DNA of 64,000 bases, from assembly GCA_001303585.1 (NCBI GenBank), contig LJTT01000001.1, positions 49,088 through 113,087 on the forward strand, given 5' to 3'. Positions 61,380-64,000 of the stretch are shown in pieces (positions within the stretch are counted from its first letter, which is position 1; each line of letters starts with the position of its first letter). The DNA is from Betaproteobacteria bacterium SG8_41. Lineage in GTDB: Bacteria; Pseudomonadota; Gammaproteobacteria; Burkholderiales; SG8-41. Made by a program: the position numbers and the translations under genes. The notes under the pieces are model-generated. The model was not told the origin of the DNA. It made no database searches and worked only from the letters and a program-made list of their open reading frames with translations.

Positions 61380-62576
61380 ATGGCAGACGCCCGTAAATTC
61401 GGCCGCTATGAAGTGGTCGCCGAGCTCGGCAAGGGGGCGATGGGCACCGTCTACCGCGCCCGCGACCCCATGCTTAACCGGACAGTCGCGATCAAGACCG
61501 TCAACATGGACCTCGATCGCGACGAGGTTGCGGATTACGAAGCGCGGTTCTATCAGGAGGCGCGCGCCGCGGGCGGACTGAACCACCCCAACATCGTCAC
61601 CATTTACGACATCGGCAAGAGCGGGACCGTCGCTTACATGGCAATGGAGCTTCTCGAGGGCAACGAGCTCCGCACGATAATGGCGCAAGGCAAGGCGCTG
61701 AACGTCGGCCAGGCGATCGACATCGCAGCGCAGGCCGCAGAGGGTCTCGGCTACGCCCATGACCATGACGTCGTCCACCGCGACATCAAGCCGGCAAATC
61801 TCATGATCGTGCGTGACGGGCTGGTAAAGATCACGGACTTTGGCATTGCACGCATGCGCTCGGCCGAGGTGCGCACCCAGACCGGGGTTGTGCTGGGCTC
61901 GCCTCGCTACATGTCTCCCGAGCAGGTGGTCGGCAAACGCGCCGAGCCGCGCTCGGACATCTTCTCGCTGGGCGTGATTCTCTACGAGATGGTCACGGGC
62001 AAGCCACCGTTCACGGGCGACGACGTGAGCGCGATCATGTTCCAGATCCTCAATTTCGTGCCGCCGCCTCCGAGCACCGTGAACCCCGATGCGCCGGAAA
62101 TGCTGGACTTCATAGTCGCCAAGGCCCTTGCCAAATCGCCGGCGGACCGTTATGCCAGCGCGCGCGAATTGGCAAGCGATCTGCGCGAATGCCGCCAGCA
62201 AGTCCCGGCCCGGGCGTCTTCAAGTCTGATCCTGAAGCCGCTACAGCCCAGCTTCGAACCGGAATCCGCCAACGAGCTTCTGCTTCGCACCGCCCCGCAC
62301 ACGCGTCGCTCCGACGCGGAAACCTCCGTGCCCGAGCCGGCCCCGACGCTGGGGGTCTCGAAAGCCTTCGATTCCATGGCGGCGACCTCGCGTCTCGCAA
62401 TTCAGGCCGGCGTAAGCGGCGAGTTCCCCGGCGTCTCGACGCCGATTCCATCCAACCTGGGACAGCGAGGGTTCAGCCGGGGGGAAAGCCAAGGCTGGAG
62501 CCAGCGGGACAAGCTTATCTTCACGGCTAGCGTGATCGGCGCCGCGGTTCTGGGCGCCTTCATCGTTTTTGCTTGA
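61380..62576 (+). CDS. Hanks-type serine/threonine protein kinase, C-terminally tail-anchored
   Basis: GKGAMGTVY, VAIK, HRDIKPANL, DFG, SPE motifs. The single transmembrane segment is at the extreme C-terminus (LIFTASVIGAAVLGAFIVFA). Confidence 0.88.
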   Translation: MADARKFGRYEVVAELGKGAMGTVYRARDPMLNRTVAIKTVNMDLDRDEVADYEARFYQEARAAGGLNHPNIVTIYDIGKSGTVAYMAMELLEGNELRTIMAQGKALNVGQAIDIAAQAAEGLGYAHDHDVVHRDIKPANLMIVRDGLVKITDFGIARMRSAEVRTQTGVVLGSPRYMSPEQVVGKRAEPRSDIFSLGVILYEMVTGKPPFTGDDVSAIMFQILNFVPPPPSTVNPDAPEMLDFIVAKALAKSPADRYASARELASDLRECRQQVPARASSSLILKPLQPSFEPESANELLLRTAPHTRRSDAETSVPEPAPTLGVSKAFDSMAATSRLAIQAGVSGEFPGVSTPIPSNLGQRGFSRGESQGWSQRDKLIFTASVIGAAVLGAFIVFA

Positions 62577-62580
62577 ACGC

Positions 62581-62809
62581 CGTGATTGGCGAATGGTGAG
62601 TGGCGAGTGGACCGAATCCACACGCTAGAAGGTACCTCAACCACGACACAGCCGCGGAACCACACGGAAGCACGCGGAAGCACAGAAAACTTGTTATTGC
62701 TTTGCAGTCCTTCAGGTTCAGGTTTTCGTCCGTGTCATTCCGTGGTAAAGGATCTTGCGGTCTTCCTCGCTTTTTGAGACGGGTTCTACTCACCGTTCAC
62801 CATTCACGC
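62581..62809. repeat. nested composite: outer heptad arms enclosing inner 10-nt unit arms
   Basis: Outer left arm cgtgatt ggcgaat ggtgagt ggcgagt (62581-62608); inner array cacacggaag cacgcggaag cacagaaaac (62661-62690); inner inverted partner cgtccgtgtcattccgtgg (62728-62746); outer right arm ctcaccg ttcacca ttcacgc (62789-62809). Confidence 0.8.
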
Positions 62810-62820
62810 AGTCCTGTCGG

Positions 62821-63930
62821 ATGAAAATCGAAAGCGTCGAGGCGATTGCCATCGCGATTCCGCTCAAACGGAATTTCGGCGGCAGCACCTACGACGTGCT
62901 CAAGCGCTGCACCGTCATCACGCGTATCCGCACCGACGAAGGCCTCGTGAGCGAGATTTACAACGGGGATAACCGTGCCCACGGCGGCGGGATCGTCCGC
63001 CTGATCGAGGACGAGCTTGCGCCGCGCGTGAAAGGGCTTGACGTATTCGAAGTCGAGCGCGCCTGGCAGGCCATGTTCGATCTCAGCCATACCAGTAATG
63101 ATCGCAAGACGTTGCTCGAGGCCATCGCCTGCGTCGATTGCGCGCTGTGGGACCTCGCAGGCAAGGCCCTCGGCAAAAGCGTTTGCGCGATGCTGGGCGG
63201 CGCGCGCGATCGCCTGCCCATCATCTCGATCGGCGGCTACTACATGGAAGGCAAGACCCTTGCCGACATCGGCCGCGAGATGGAGCAGTACCGCGAGGCC
63301 GGCATGGCAGGCTGCAAGTTCAAGGTAGGCGGGCTCGCGCCGGAGGACGATTTCCAGCGCGTCGAGGCCGCGCGCAGTGCGGCAGGACCCAGTTTCGTGC
63401 TTGCGGTCGATGCGAATCGCGGCTGGGACCTCCGGGACGCCACACGTTTTGCGCAGCTCGTTGAGCCGCTCGATATCTGCTGGTTCGAGGAACCGTGCCA
63501 CTGGTACGACGACGCGGCGATGATGGCGCGCCTGCGCCAGACAACGCGCATACCGGTCACGGCGGGGCAAAGCGAGATCACCGTCCATGCGGTGCGCCGG
63601 CTCATCGACGCCAATGCAGTGGACTATTTGAACTACGACGCCTCGGAAGGCGGCGGGGTCACCGACTGGCGCCGGGCCGCGGCGCTGTGCCAGGCCGCGG
63701 GAGTCGGGATGGCGCACCACGAGGAGCCGCAAATCTCGCAGCATTTGCTTGGCGGCGTGCCGCATGGGACCTACATCGAGTGCTTTGCCCATCCCGACCG
63801 CGACCCGGTGTGGCAGGCGCTATGGGCAAACCGCCCGCCGATCCGCGACGGGATGATGGAAATATCGAAGGACCCCGGGTTCGGAGTTCAGCTCGACTCG
63901 AAGATGGTGGAGCGCTATCGCGTCGCCTGA
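62821..63930 (+). CDS. enolase superfamily enzyme (mandelate racemase/muconate lactonizing family)
   Basis: ATG at 62821 (MKIESVEAIAIAIPL). LAVDAN, WFEEPCHWY and TAGQSE motifs. Paralogous in layout to 18129..19280. Confidence 0.8.
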   Translation: MKIESVEAIAIAIPLKRNFGGSTYDVLKRCTVITRIRTDEGLVSEIYNGDNRAHGGGIVRLIEDELAPRVKGLDVFEVERAWQAMFDLSHTSNDRKTLLEAIACVDCALWDLAGKALGKSVCAMLGGARDRLPIISIGGYYMEGKTLADIGREMEQYREAGMAGCKFKVGGLAPEDDFQRVEAARSAAGPSFVLAVDANRGWDLRDATRFAQLVEPLDICWFEEPCHWYDDAAMMARLRQTTRIPVTAGQSEITVHAVRRLIDANAVDYLNYDASEGGGVTDWRRAAALCQAAGVGMAHHEEPQISQHLLGGVPHGTYIECFAHPDRDPVWQALWANRPPIRDGMMEISKDPGFGVQLDSKMVERYRVA

Positions 63931-63935
63931 ACGAT

Positions 63936-63998
63936 CGTGAATCGTAAATCGTGAATCGGAATTTAGCCGCAGATGAACGCAGATACACGCAGATTTAC
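63936..63998. repeat. GTGAAT heptads followed by a 10-nt unit array (runs to the window edge)
   Basis: cgtgaat cgtaaat cgtgaat (63936-63956), then gcagatgaac gcagatacac gcagatttac (63969-63998). Confidence 0.8.
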
Positions 63999-64000
63999 AA

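Overview
GC-rich bacterial chromosomal segment. No searches were run; every call rests on reading the translations and the DNA. In the ORF track M is also printed for GTG/TTG starts, so several starts were re-picked by hand.

Gene content and order are fur; recN-nadK; hrcA-hemH; grpE-dnaK-dnaJ; cysS; ppiA-ppiB-lpxH; then a 17-kb co-directional minus-strand run leuC-leuD-leuB-asd-fimV-truA-trpF-trpB-trpA-accD-folC-SPOR-cvpA-purF-metZ; then aroC; thyA-folA; dcd-apbC and metG. From memory this synteny looks betaproteobacterial. About 56 protein genes are supported. I saw no rRNA, tRNA, transposase, integrase, phage gene or CRISPR array.

Main observations:
1. Nearly every intergenic spacer is built from short-period tandem units (7 nt; also 8 and 10 nt), usually arranged as two inverted arms. 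There are at least 14 loci. They abut or overlap start and stop codons, and the only available folC start codons lie inside the largest array. The units carry stop codons, and their periods are not multiples of 3.
2. leuC is broken by a deletion plus frameshift. An M17 peptidase gene looks split by a frameshift. A DUF2249-like/hemerythrin-like pair looks decayed.
3. A 7.6-kb non-housekeeping block at 13.8-21.4 kb holds a GAF-PAS hybrid kinase, an OmpR-type regulator, an AurF-like diiron protein, an enolase-superfamily enzyme, a TylF-like methyltransferase and an unplaceable 376-aa protein.
4. There is an RquA-like (rhodoquinone) methyltransferase candidate.
5. The metZ leader has riboswitch-like architecture (promoter, SAM-II-like pseudoknot, intrinsic terminator 12 nt before the ATG). 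There is also a structured leader upstream of an ornithine-decarboxylase-type gene.
6. A cyclase-PEGA / lipoprotein / tail-anchored Ser-Thr kinase trio sits at 59.7-62.6 kb.
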